Below, in pieces: positions 50,236 to 62,392 of a stretch of 64,000 nucleotides of DNA. Both the position numbers and the translations under genes were made by a program. How positions within the stretch are numbered: position 1 is the stretch's first letter; each line of letters starts with the position of its first letter. Source of the DNA: Hormiphora californensis (lineage: Eukaryota; Animalia; Ctenophora); assembly GCA_020137815.1 (NCBI GenBank), contig CM035354.1:434001-498000 (forward strand), read 5' to 3'. The notes below the pieces were generated by a model, which was not told the DNA's origin, searched no databases, and saw only the letters and a list, made by a program, of their open reading frames with translations.

Positions 50236-50749
50236 CAGATAAACTTTTGATTAGCCAAAACGGTTGAGTGGTTTGGCGGTTAGAGCCATTTTATTGCAGG
50301 CTACTTTTTTGGTAGTGCGCACCTGTAAACAGGCCACCAAACACCCAGATCGTAACGGCTCCCTGGTCGTTAGACTTAGAGAGTTCGCCGGCTCGCCGCT
50401 TACCAAAACTTAAATCGACAACCACACTTCAGAATCAGATGTACAGTTGGACTGGATACGAATAGTTCCAGGGAGGCTAGGGGAGGCTAGGGGAGGAACT
50501 GGCACCTGTGTAGATTGTAAACTAAGACGATAACAAGATAACATTTTGTCGAATAGTAGGTATTCAGAATACAATTGTTTGACTTCAAGGCTGCCCGGAA
50601 ACAGAAAAAAAAATAGAAAATTATCAAAATCAAACAGGGTACACAATAAACAGATCATGAATTGGCAGGGATCAGTGCTCTGCTCAACCCCAACGGCATG
50701 CACAGCAATTATAAAATCAGTAAAAAATCAGAATATCCTTTAAATCGCT

Positions 50750-53700
50750 TTAAAATGCTCCAGCGTTCGCAAAAAAGTTGCTACCCTGCTGGGACGTTTC
50801 GCTGGCTGGTGGGAGCCGGTGCACAACAGACACATACCGAGGTGGTCCATCTGGACTGAACAAATCTGCAATCTGATAAAAGGTAAGTCCCCGGGTTTCG
50901 GGAAGGAATACAGTCACGAATATAGTCCCTGCGAACATGAGTCCACTGTAGCCATAGAAAATAGTGGAGCTAGAACATATTGTGTTGAGGGCAGGCCAGC
51001 TGAACACCGTGATAAAATTGAAGGACCAGTTGACTGCGGTAACCATGGAAACAGCACGTCCCTGATTTTCTGTGGTGAAGACCTCCCCACAGAGGACCCA
51101 GGGGATACTACCCCACGCCATGGAGAAGGAAAACACATAGCTCCCCAGGGCGATGGTTAGGATGGCCACGTGGAGACGCTCTGGGACCTCAGTTGAAACA
51201 GCAAAGAGGAGTAGGGAGCATGTCAACATGAATCCAAACACAACCAGCAACAACTTTCGTCCTGGAAATAGGGGGTGAGTTTTTATTCAGGTAGTTCCCA
51301 TGATTGCTGAATTGTGTTTACCATTATTCCAAAGAGAATGTACTTTTGCAGCTAATTGGAAACTTCCCAGATTGAATGATTAAACCTGGTACGTAAGTAT
51401 GCACGTGTTATAGAGAGGTTTACTAAACCCTACCTGCTTTGTCTGTAAGGGCAGCACTCCCGCAGGTAAAGAGAAGGAAAGCAGCGGACATTACTGCACT
51501 ACAAATCCGAGGGTGTGGTAGGCCGATCTCCGTGAATATCCTGTTGGAATCTGCCAATACCTGCAGCAAGTGACGTGATTATTGAGGTAAATATTAGGTT
51601 GCTTTATGCTCGGTGGCGCCTGCCGATCTGCTCAAATCGGGTCGGCGCCGCTAGACTGGCCGCTTTCAAAGTTTCAAAACTGGCTAGTATGTTATACCGT
51701 ACCGCATTGACGGCAGTCCACTGTTGGAAGATCATGATAAAGCACATGAGAATGAGAGGTTTCATATTTTGTCGGCTGAAAAATGGAACCAGAGAGCTGT
51801 CCTCATCCTGTGGAACATCTCTTCTACTTCGATGTAACCTGGTCAGTGATATAAGTATTATAGGCTTTGTAATGTTCAAACGTTTATCCTAAATGCGGAT
51901 TTAGAATCTGACTAACTTTCGTAATTGTCCGCTTATTGACTCACATTTGTAATTGTTGGCTAATTGACTCACATTTGTAAACATGTTCGATAATTGACTC
52001 ACATTTGTAATTGTTCGCTGATTAGCATCGGGTCATCCTCCATCAGACCCTCTAGCACTCGTTCAGCTTCATCGGGCCGTGACCGAGACACCAGCCACCT
52101 GCAATAATAGTAGATTCGTGTGGGTCAGTGTGTGACTACTCTCATCACTCTGCTCACGTGGGTGAACTGTGTGAGAGAAAGGGTATTATTGGCCGATGAA
52201 AAGTTTCATGTCAGGGAAAACTATCAAAAAGTCAGGCCAATTCTCTGACAGTCAGATTTTTGAAGGTGTCACTCCCAAATGCATGCACATGTGAAATTTA
52301 TAAATTTTGATGCTCGCACACCATACATACATGGGTGTTTCTGGGGATAGGATGATGAAAAATAGGTTTATCAAGGCCACACCAGAGGATATGGAGGCGT
52401 TCCAGCGGAACTCTATCGGTGACACCCCCAGAACATTTATAATTAGGATTCCAAGTTGAACCTGTGAAAGAGAGAGAGGTGTGAGAAACAAGGAAATGTG
52501 ATTATCACAGTCATCATACGTAGCTCATTTCGGGCAATTTGTTTCAATTTTGTATATATCTCATGGTCGACTGACCTGGAGCTGCATAATTGATACGAAT
52601 TTCCCTCTGTGTTGTGTCGGCGAGAGTTCCGAAATGTACGGCTGAAATAGAAATTAGTATTTAAACGGATATAATTAGTGATCGGACGTGATGAGCATGA
52701 TAGAAATACAATTAAATTTAGTGAGTTAAACGATGTGCTGTCTCTGTTGTTGTTTGCCGTTTGTTATGCTTGATACAAGACTTGTTTGTTTTGCTGCAGT
52801 TATTCTTGGATGACATCTTGCACTACTTGTCGCTATTATATTGCCCACTCATTCTCCCATATCTGTCACCCCTATCTGTCACCAATGTTTCTGTTTGCGA
52901 ATATGTCACTGCAACGCTCATTCTCTCCCCTATCTATCACCAATGTTTCAGTTTGCTAACATATGTCACTGTAACACACACCCACACCCACACTCATGTG
53001 TGTTGTGAGTCTGTCCTGAGTTTGAATATTTCTGTAATTCGGGGTGCAACATATTTTCGAATTACAATTATTATTCTTGACACGTCCAGCTACTCTTGTT
53101 GCCGTTGCTCTGTCCCAACCGTTAGTATACACTATTAGTTTTGTAAATATAACAGCGTCCGGTTATCACGAGTCCATTATACTCTTTTTACACGAGCAAC
53201 TGCCAACTACCAGTACGTTCCACTTACCGAGAGTGCGATGGAAGTCATGCTGAGTCCAAAACCAGTTATGGCTCGACCAATAAACACGTGAAGGTAGAGT
53301 GTACTGTAGGCAATTATTGTGTACCTAGTGTGGGCACACATGGTTATGAGTTGTAACCATGGTTACAATTGTTATGAGTTGTAACCATGGTTACAATTGT
53401 TATGAGTTGTAACCATAGGATCACGAAAGATTTTCTCAGCTGATATAGCTTACCCAATGAAATAACAGATGGAAGCCACAAGTAGGGTGTCCCGTTTTCC
53501 AATGAATTTAATAAATCGACCGTAGATTAAACCCCACATTAGAGCAACTAGTGCCGGGGTAGCCTGTGTGAGTTGAACTGTGTTATATGGTGATCTCACA
53601 AGATATTACTGACAGTACCTAGATAAGAGATATGTTTAGATCATAACATAATACCAGTACAGTGGGATCTCGATTTACGGCTACCGGGTTGCCCGGTGAA

Positions 53701-53913
53701 AGGTTTTGCCAAGTAAATCGGGGTCCGACTGTAAATTACCGTGATCCATTGAGCTTGTGAAGGTTTAGGTTTATCCAAATAGTAATCATCTTCCATATCA
53801 GCCAGTGCTGAGGCTGAAAATGCCACTGTGATTCCCATCAGACAGCCGCTGATGCTAACTCCTAGGGAGTGTTTTAGAGCAGGCCACGTCGGCTGAGATC
53901 GCATATCCTCCAC
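50750..53913 (-). CDS. MFS sugar porter (SLC2A8/GLUT8- or Tret1-like facilitative sugar transporter), 9 exons, ~480 aa
   Basis: Manual join (complement) 53740-53913, 53454-53563, 53228-53324, 52576-52641, 52331-52461, 52003-52098, 51703-51838, 51434-51560, 50750-51261. All GT-AG, phases match (1449 nt). Motifs: FIGKR, GRAITG, YISELSP..HRG, PETPMWL, QQWTAVNA, DKAGRK, AWGSIPW..GEVF, PETRG. First ATG is at 53904; the acceptor at 53914-53915 implies an upstream exon I could not place. Confidence 0.92.
53660..53731. mobile_element. 72-bp copy of the same MITE family, 6 bp from a transporter donor site
   Basis: TA|CAGTGGGATCTCGATTTAC ... GTAAATCGGGGTCCGACTG|TA. Confidence 0.75.
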
Positions 53914-53930
53914 CTGTAGGGGGAATCACA

Positions 53931-54007
53931 GTTGGTAACCAATGGTAACCAATGGTAACCAGTTGGTAACCAATGGTAACCAGTGGTAACCAATGGTAAC
54001 CAGTGGT
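53931..54007. repeat. 10-11-bp tandem repeat GGTAACCAAT next to a transporter acceptor
   Basis: About 7 copies of the palindromic core TGGTAACCA. Confidence 0.88.
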
Positions 54008-54408
54008 ATGTATTGAAAACTTGTAACCAAACAAATGACTTAGTAAATTTGTTCATGAATCAGTACCAGTCATGCAAATCAAGAGGTCCGCGGCTTACCC
54101 GAATACTAATTGAATCATTCCGAAAGGACATATTGTTTGAGCTGAAATGGAGGTGTGTAAAATTCTGGCATGTAGCCATGGAAACACAGTAGACACACAA
54201 CTCTCAGTGAAGATGGGCGAATCCCACAGTAATTACAGTTACAAGGCAAGAATAAATAATCAAGCTATTTTGTATACTGATGGCTGTGTGTCGGACGACG
54301 TCGGTTGATGATGTGTGATATGTTGATGATTTGTTGCAATCTGCTTCCCCTTGGTGTTTCTTATTTTCTCAATATTGCTGAGCTATCTAATATCTAATTA
54401 TGTAATTA

Positions 54409-54562
54409 AAGTCGGACCCCGATTTACCGGGATGCTCGGGGGAAAGGGTTTTGCCCAAATCGGGGTGTCCGGTATATCGGGGTCAAATACCGTTAATTTC
54501 CTAGATCGGGGGAAATTTATCCTCCCGGTAAATCGGGGTTCCGGTAAATCGGGGTCCGACTG
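54409..54562. mobile_element. Tc1/mariner (pogo-type ends) MITE family CAGTCGGACCCCGATTTACCGG
   Basis: Inverted ends with TA flanks. Shorter relatives at 53660-53731, 23960-24027 and ~22898-22956. Confidence 0.8.
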
Positions 54563-56264
54563 TACTATTTAAACTGCAAAGAACTAAAGTATACAGGGAT
54601 TAAATTGACAGAAACAACACTATGTACAGACAGCGTGTAGTACACAGCACATGTACTGTGTAAGCATACGAAGAACTGGCAAAATAAACCAGTCTGTGGC
54701 AGTCTACTAGGCGAATATAGTTAGTGTGAATAGGTAAATAGTTAATGCTGGTCTGCGACACGTACTTAGCAGTGAGAGAAGGCTAGGTGTATATTGAACA
54801 TAAGCGAGTTAGTGTGTGGCTGAAAGAGATCAACGAATACAAATGGAAGAAATTAGCTCAAGAGAGAGATGCCCTGAGGCAAGACAACGTACATGCTATA
54901 CTTCCTTACTAACTAGACACGAGCGTGTGTCGTGCAGTAGGTACTACAAGGCAAGATGTACATATTGAAACATGAAGAGTTTAAGAGCAATGTTTGCAAA
55001 ATATCAAGACAAAATCTACAAAGACAAAAGAAAGAAGTGAGAAACACAATGTATCAGGTATAATACAATGAATGTATTGCATATTCATCCGTTAGGGAGA
55101 GAGAGAGAGGGGAAATAAAAGCTCAAATTCGTCCAATGAGTTGGATATATTTTATCTACATGATTGCCTATCAAGATGAAACACCACGGAAGAAACTGTA
55201 TATATCTGGCTTCAAGCCATATTCACGTGGGTGCTCACTGCTCGACTCATTGTACAATATTATGATAGAGGACAGAGGGAACTACAAAAGGACTGAGAGG
55301 GTGGAGAGGAAAAAGAAAGCAACACACACAGCTGTGAGAAATCACGAGACACACACTACATGACACAAGCAGGCTCATATTACAGAAAACAAGTGTTGCC
55401 ACTTTTATACCAGTGCAATATTACTGCTGCTGCAGGAACTACTGCGGTTACTCAACAAGCAGGAAGTAGGAACCTGAACTTCCATTGCATTTGTAGAGGT
55501 GAGGGTCACCGTGATATATAGAGTAGTTGGATCAATGTGAATAAAAAAGTTTCAGAGGCTTAAATGATTTATCGTGCTTTAAAGCAGCTGCAAGGAGAAA
55601 ATGGTGTTAGCACAGCCTGGCTGTTGCAGTAGTGTAAATATTCGAGAATGCATCTAAACGTAGTAAGAGAAGTGTATGTGGCAATACAAAGAAGCTAGGG
55701 CACTGGGAGCACAAGGAGATATATAGGAAGTAGAAAGAGAGTGTTGTTATCAACACTGTGTCGCTGCACGAGCAGACATGAATCACACTGTGTTATACAA
55801 ATAACAAGTACACACATTAGAAACATTATTGATGTTGGTGAAGTACATAATACACATTTGAAATACATGTTGGGGGTCTTTTCTTCTTAGGAAGATTCTT
55901 AACTTTCTTCTTTATAAGAAGGTTTCGCTAAGAATGTTTCCGAAAACATAGATGGGAGTAATATGCAATCTTCTTAGCGATTTTGTTGTTTCTGAACCTA
56001 TACTTAGGAAGAAAACTCACGCTCCAAATTGATGTCATGTGACAGTACATAACCAATGGGGTACTAAGATTCGAATGGCGATAACCAATAGCAATCGAGC
56101 AAACACGGGGTTTAAATTGAGGTGTGAATTAGCTGGTACACACAATATTTTGGATCTATGTAGGGCGTGGGCCACAGCCTAATCATATGCATTATGCAAT
56201 TGGATATGGCTCCGGTGTCAACTCGTTCCCATCCATTTCGAACAGTTTAAAAAGTCTAACGCGG

Positions 56265-56517
56265 CGTCATACACATTTTCATTTGGAATTTTCACTTGGA
56301 ATTTTCATTTGAAAACCATCCACGCGCATGCACGTGCAAGCTTCAAACACAAGTTAGAAGCACGGGACCTTCACTAACTTATTTGTTTTGATCCAAGGAT
56401 CACTTTAGTGAAGGTCCCATGGTTCTAACTTGTGTTTGAAGCTTGCACGTGCATGCGCGTGGATGGTTTTCAAATGAAAATTCCAAATGAAAATTCCAAA
56501 TAAAAATGTGTATGACG
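56265..56517. mobile_element. ~250-bp palindromic MITE
   Basis: ~110-bp inverted arms (CGTCATACACATTTT ... AAAATGTGTATGACG) around a short spacer. Confidence 0.75.
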
Positions 56518-56526
56518 GACTGTTAA

Positions 56527-57916
56527 GGGTACGCTAACCAAAAATTTTTTTCGAGTGCAGGGAAATCTCTCACCGTAGGGTTGTAGGCCATGCCAAGGAG
56601 ACCTCAAATATGCAATTTGAGCTCTCAAGTCGAATTCATATTTTTGCTACAGCTGCTTGAAAAATGAACTGAAAATAAGTTTTTGGCATCTCAAAAAAAA
56701 ATTTTTAAAGATAGGAGCATGAAAATTTAGGGATTTGAAGAGGACATGAAGGTGAATAACCACAAAAATTTTTTTTGCAATCCGAGCTGATTTCCGGTCC
56801 TGAGACGGATTTCTTTTTTTCCACTTTAACGCCCTATTTGGCAAAGTTCCGAAAACATGTGAAAGCTGTAAATTGGTGAAAAGTTGCGTCTAACGATTAT
56901 CTAAGTGGCCATAAATTTTGGGCGTGTCCTTATTTGAGATAAGCTGTACAGAGTTTTTTTTGTGAAAGCCGTCATTTCAGAAATAAATAAATTCCCTGTA
57001 TCTCAAAAACGACTGATCGTAGAGACCTGAGACTATGCTTAAATGATTCAGAAGGTCCGATTTTGGGGGGGTCTTCTGAGAGACATTTTGCTCCTACTTC
57101 AACCGTTTTTGCTGTAATTGCGAAAAACAAAAACCGATCTTCGCCATCGTGGATTTTTTGTGATTTTGTTTTTGGTGATTATAGGGACCCATATGGACCA
57201 AATAGTGAAGGAATTAGCTTGTTACACACTTTTCCATAGTTTCGGTCCTTTCTTAGCTAAAATTCCCTAATTACAGGATATTGGAGTTTAGCTTTTGCCC
57301 TTTTCATAGAATTTGTTTTTCGCAGTTACAGCAAAAACGGTTGAAGTAGGAGCAAAATGTCTCTCAGAAGACCCCCCCCAAATCGGACCTTCTGAATCGT
57401 TTAAGCATAGTCTCAGGTCTCTACGATCAGTCGTTTTTGAGATACAGGGAATTTATTTATTTCTGAAATGACGGCTTTCACAAAAAAAACTCTGTACAGC
57501 TTATCTCAAATAAGGACACGCCCAAAATTTATGGCCACTTAGATAATCGTTAGACGCAACTTTTCACCAATTTACAGCTTTCACATGTTTTCGGAACTTT
57601 GCCAAATAGGGCGTTAAAGTGGAAAAAAAGAAATCCGTCTCAGGACCGGAAATCAGCTCGGATTGCAAAAAAAATTTTTGTGGTTATTCACCTTCATGTC
57701 CTCTTCAAATCCCTAAATTTTTATGCTCCTATCTTTAAAAAAATTTTTTTGAGATGCCAAAAACTTATTTTCAGTTCATTTTTCAAGCAGCTGTAGCAAA
57801 AATATGAATTCGACTTGAGAGCTCAAATTGCATATTTGAGGTCTCCTTGGCATGGCCTACAACCCTACGGTGAGAGATTTCCCTGCACTCGAAAAAAAAT
57901 TTTGGTTAGCGTACCC
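56527..57916. mobile_element. 1390-bp foldback element with TTAA TSD (Kolobok-like, non-autonomous)
   Basis: TTAA|GGGTACGCTAACC ... GGTTAGCGTACCC|TTAA; near-perfect ~605-bp inverted arms and ~180-bp spacer. Purine-purine 5' end with TTAA fits Kolobok rather than piggyBac (CCY). Confidence 0.85.
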
Positions 57917-60188
57917 TTAAGGAGATGGAATTTTGTATTTTTTGCATTTTTTTTATGATTTTTGCATTCATTTTATGATTTCTTCTTTTTCATTTGCATA
58001 TATGTATTTATCGTCCTATGATGCTTTAGAGTCACAGCAAGACCCATAATTTTCAATTTTTTAAGTAAAAACATGCAATACCGACTACCAACCGATTTAA
58101 ATATAACTCTATTGGACGTAGCGTCAACATAAAATGGTTGTATGTTCATGTATGCTTGACCAAATTCATCATTTTTATGATTTTAGCTCGAAAAATGGCC
58201 CAAAATACATGTCAAACAGAGCAAGAATCTTCCTAAGCTGCGCTAAGTAAGGTCCGGAGCTGTCCTAACTTTTCATGATACTTAGGAAGAAAAAAAGAGA
58301 GCTAAAAACATTCTTAGGCCGCTAAGAAAAAAATTTCAAGGACTCACGCAGTTTTAATTCAATTATAGGGGACTTAGAAAGATAATTTAGGAAAATTCTT
58401 AACGCTAAAAAAACCTTCCTAAGTGCCATGTTCAGAAACAACAATCTTCTTAACTCTCTAACTTTCTTCCTAAAACGGCCAAAAAAGTTCCTAAGAATCT
58501 TCATAAGCTGTTCAGAAAAGACCCCCTGTAGACAACTAAACCGGAGAATCAAGTGTAAGAGCCAATTTAGCCAATTAGAGTAACACGAAGAAGGAAACAA
58601 CTTCAGTAGCTGCATTGAATGTTACCATTAGGTCTTCCGACCTCCAGATTTCATCGATAAATCATCGATAAGTGAATCTGAATGAGTTCGATGATTTCGC
58701 ATTGCTGGTTTCTGTGGTACGTTTCAGCCTCGATCCGTTTATTTCATTTCGGAACGGCATTATATTCGTGTGCTAAAATACCCTGTTCGCTTTGGAAATT
58801 AACCAAATAATTGTTGAATAATATTGTAGCTTTTGAAGCTCCAATAACCAAGTCCCTATAAAATAAGTGATTGACACATCGATTTGACACCGGTAATTCC
58901 GAAAGGCATACAGGACGTCTTCTGCATGCACAGAGAGCTATCACTACCTCTAGATCATCACTATACTGCAGCTGTCAAGTCATCACCATTCATCTGTTCA
59001 TCCAGTGATCATATACCTACCTCTCGTCACTATGCATTAACTTCTTTCCAGACGAAGATTTGATAAGTGCAGCTGCTAGCGTCAGCTGACCTTTTTTCTT
59101 GTCTGGAAAGGCCCTTAGTACATGTGTCTGTGTGTGCCGGACAAACTAATATAAACAGGGATAAATCCACTTATATCCTATCGAGGTGGGAACTGATTCC
59201 ATTAACCTCTTCTTTACATTACAGCTTTCTCATCTCTCCAGCTCCTCATCAAGGTGGCATTATTGTGTGCTCCAGGCCCCACGATCATCCGTATGTGTTT
59301 CCAGCTGCACGTCTCGCAAGTAGCGGGTCTCCTTAACTTACCACATTATAATGAGTACTGGAGCACACGCTTGGCTTTTGAATGTGCAGTCAGCGCTGCT
59401 TGGCCAAATAACTGCTTTCCATTTTTTTCATACTAGCACTAAATCCCGTGACAGCTGTTGTTCTGTAGAACGTTTTTAGCTACTGCAATACTGAATATAC
59501 TGAATATATAGAATATATTGAATATACAGAGTATACATAACAAGGACCGGCGCTGCAACAGAGATCAGAGAGGAAACACAATTTCAAATCTTGATTTGGC
59601 GGGGAAAGATTTTAGAAATCGAGGCTTGACTGTTTTTGATTTGTTGTTCAAACTTCAATAGCGTTGTAGTTCAATAATAGAAATGCTAAAAATAGATGTT
59701 GCAACATGTTAAGCACCCTTGATTGTATGCACCCTACCCGCCCGTTATATGTGTGACATCAGATGTTGCGAAACTCAAAATGCGATATTTGTATTTAAAG
59801 GTAGATGCAGACGCCCCAGCATTCCTGCAGCCTTGCGACTCAAGGGGGTTTGCATCTATAAGTCTTGCATTTAATTTAGAGACGCTCGACGACTCTCTCG
59901 ATCGCACGGTTATACAATAATAGAGATTACAATGATACAATAATTTTAATGATTGTACACCTCTAATTAATGGTAATTAAGATCACACTGGTTTCACCGC
60001 AAGATCTCTTTCCTTGTGATTAAGACAATACGTCATGCTGTGTTAGATACATCTCATGATGATCTTTACAACTTTTTTGCCGGATTATCCTTCATGCCTG
60101 CTGCTGCACAGGGAAGTAAAATTTGTAGTTGGGGTTGTGTAATATAGTTCTGCGGATATTATTATATATCACTCGCGAGTAGCGGCAG

Positions 60189-60297
60189 CAGGAACCGACC
60201 GAATCAGGAAATACTGGTCCCTGATTGGCTGATAACCAGTCACGTGACCTAAATAACGAGTTCTGATTGGTTGTTTACTTGTTTTGGTCGGTTCCTG
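60189..60297. mobile_element. 109-bp hAT-like MITE, second copy
   Basis: Near-identical to 48686-48794; flanks AGCGGCAG / AGCAGTAG (6 of 8 match). Confidence 0.85.
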
Positions 60298-61942
60298 AGC
60301 AGTAGCAGCTCAGCTGTCAACTCAAGATGAAGACCCTCTACTAATAATACTAAAGATGAAGGTCCCCAACTGATTAATTTCCTGTCAAGCTCCTGCTGCT
60401 GGCAGCCTTGATACCCTCCCCCGCCTCTCCCGAGAAAATTTGTCAGTTGATTATTATACCGGAGCTGGTCAGAACATGATCGTTTCGGTAGAGCTACTAG
60501 TTGATTTATCAAATGCTCTCCTGCCCTTCTAAAGTAATACATGCAATGCAGATTGCAGAATGAAGAGTCCGTGAAATGTGAGTTTAATAGCAATTAGAAA
60601 AGTTTGCTCTGGTTCTTCTTTACGCATGTTTGTATGCTTCTTCTCCTCCAAAAAATGCTTCAAAAGACAAAATGAGCGACGAGTCGTAGACCAAGTGGTT
60701 GATTTATGCTTCAACGGATTTTACGCAGAAGACAAAATTATTCCTTTATTTATCATTTCTATTCCCGAGTGTCCGAGCTGTTTTCCACTTATAATCGGCA
60801 CATCCTTTGGGCTTTGAGCTACTTATACTTTATGCTGCCCGGTTGAGAGCGGTCTGTCTCGTGAGAATGTGTGTGTGCCCACTTGAGCTGTTACAGCTTT
60901 GAATACTTGTCATCGACCTGAAAAACATTCGCATCTACCTAGCCTGTCTTATGACTTATACTACATAGACACTCACACAGAGAACTGCACTGTGTAAATA
61001 TATTCAGTATGTAGTTCCTGCATTGATTCCGTTGTCTGCACCAGGGTTTCCAAACAGCAGGAGCTGAGCCATGTTAGTGTCGTCGCCCCTCCACTACCAG
61101 CTGCACAAAGCATCACCAAAGGGTAATATGTGTCCCCTGCTGCAGGATCAGAAGCTTCAGTTTGTTTGAGTTCTAATAGCACTACAGCTGCAAAGGGTAG
61201 CGCTGCTGCAGTTGTTGTCGGCAATTTCAGCTTGGCGTCCTTCCTCACTTCCTCAGTAGGCTGGCTTTGTGCCATCGCCCAATTTTCTAGTAATCGATCT
61301 TCCTTTCGTTGTCATTTCCCTTCTCATGACTCCTCTGAAGAGGTGTACTGCACTGGAAATAGAGAGGAAGGAACTGAGAGGTTCTAGTTAGAAATAGAGA
61401 GGAAGGAACTGAGAGGTCCTAGTTAGATGGCTTCATCTCCTGGAGATGGTAGGTAAAAATAGTCATATAGCTGAGTTGTAGGTGTCGACAATACGTTGGA
61501 GGTGAAGTAGCGGCTTATAACCAGCCATGAACACACACACTGAACTTCCATTTCGCGGCCATTAAAATATTTCCAGAGATGCATGCGTATTGCACACACT
61601 TACTCTCTGTATTACTTCTATATTACTTCTCTTGTTGGTCTGCACAGTTTCACATTTTATTAGAGATTCATACCATTCAATTTCCTTATAGCTCGATCCC
61701 TTTTTGCAAGGGTTAGAACATAACCATTCAAATGATATCTTGTTAACCCTTGCCCCGTAATTTAATGTGTCGCAGTTACACATCACGTGGGTACAGTTAA
61801 CAACTTCCTGTTAGATTTGTGACGTCATAACACCAAACTGCTGAGATCTACAGTTGTAGTCAGGCTAACCGATTCTGTCATCTGCGAATGCTCTTACGGC
61901 TGTTCTGACAGGCTTCTTTAGGACCAGGCTTCTTTAGGCCAA

Positions 61943-62392
61943 TGTAGCTCTAGTCAGACAGAACCCGTCCAAGGTGTAGCTCTAGTCTGACAGAACCCGT
62001 CCAAGGTGTAGCTCTAGTCAGACAGAACCCGTCCAAAGTGTAGCTCTAGTCAGACAGAACCCGTCCAAGGTGTAGCTCTAGTCTGACAGAACCCGTCCAA
62101 GGTGTAGCTCTAGTCAGACAGAACCCGTCCAAAGTGTAGCTCTAGTCAGACAGAACCCGTCCAAGGTGTAGCTCTAGTCTGACAGAACCCGTCCAAGGTG
62201 TAGCTCTAGTCAGACAGAACCCGTCCAAGGTGTAGCTCTAGTCTGACAGAACCCGTCCAAGGTGTAGCTCTAGTCTGACAGAACCCGTCCAAGGTGTAGC
62301 TCTAGTCTGACAGAACCCGTCCAAGGTGTAGCTCTAGTCTGACAGAACCCGTCCAAGGTGTAGCTCTAGTCTGACAGAACCCGTCCAAGGTG
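61943..62392 (+). repeat. 32-bp tandem repeat, 14 copies
   Basis: TGTAGCTCTAGTC(A/T)GACAGAACCCGTCCAA(G/A)G. Confidence 0.97.

Larger units (their letters stand above)
55872..58526. mobile_element. Older outer TIR element hosting the two foldback elements
   Basis: GGGGGTCTTTTCT ... AGAAAAGACCCCC termini plus repeated CTTAGGAAGA / TTCCTAAG subterminal motifs on both sides; no clear TSD. Confidence 0.6.

Noticed and set aside
49798-50267. AHHNQERPKSR and LVSLDCG repeat ORFs
   Set aside because: Translations of the 30-bp subrepeats in a foldback element.
56647-57796. Two near-identical 65-aa ORFs on opposite strands
   Set aside because: Mirror products of the foldback arms; no transposase motifs.
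60529-60817. Short ORFs with a GHSGI string resembling RNase H
   Set aside because: Surrounding residues do not fit RNase H and the frames contain stops.
61943-62392. CRISPR-like appearance of 32-35-bp arrays (also 18126-18572)
   Set aside because: Units are contiguous with no unique spacers, there are no cas genes, and the context is eukaryotic.
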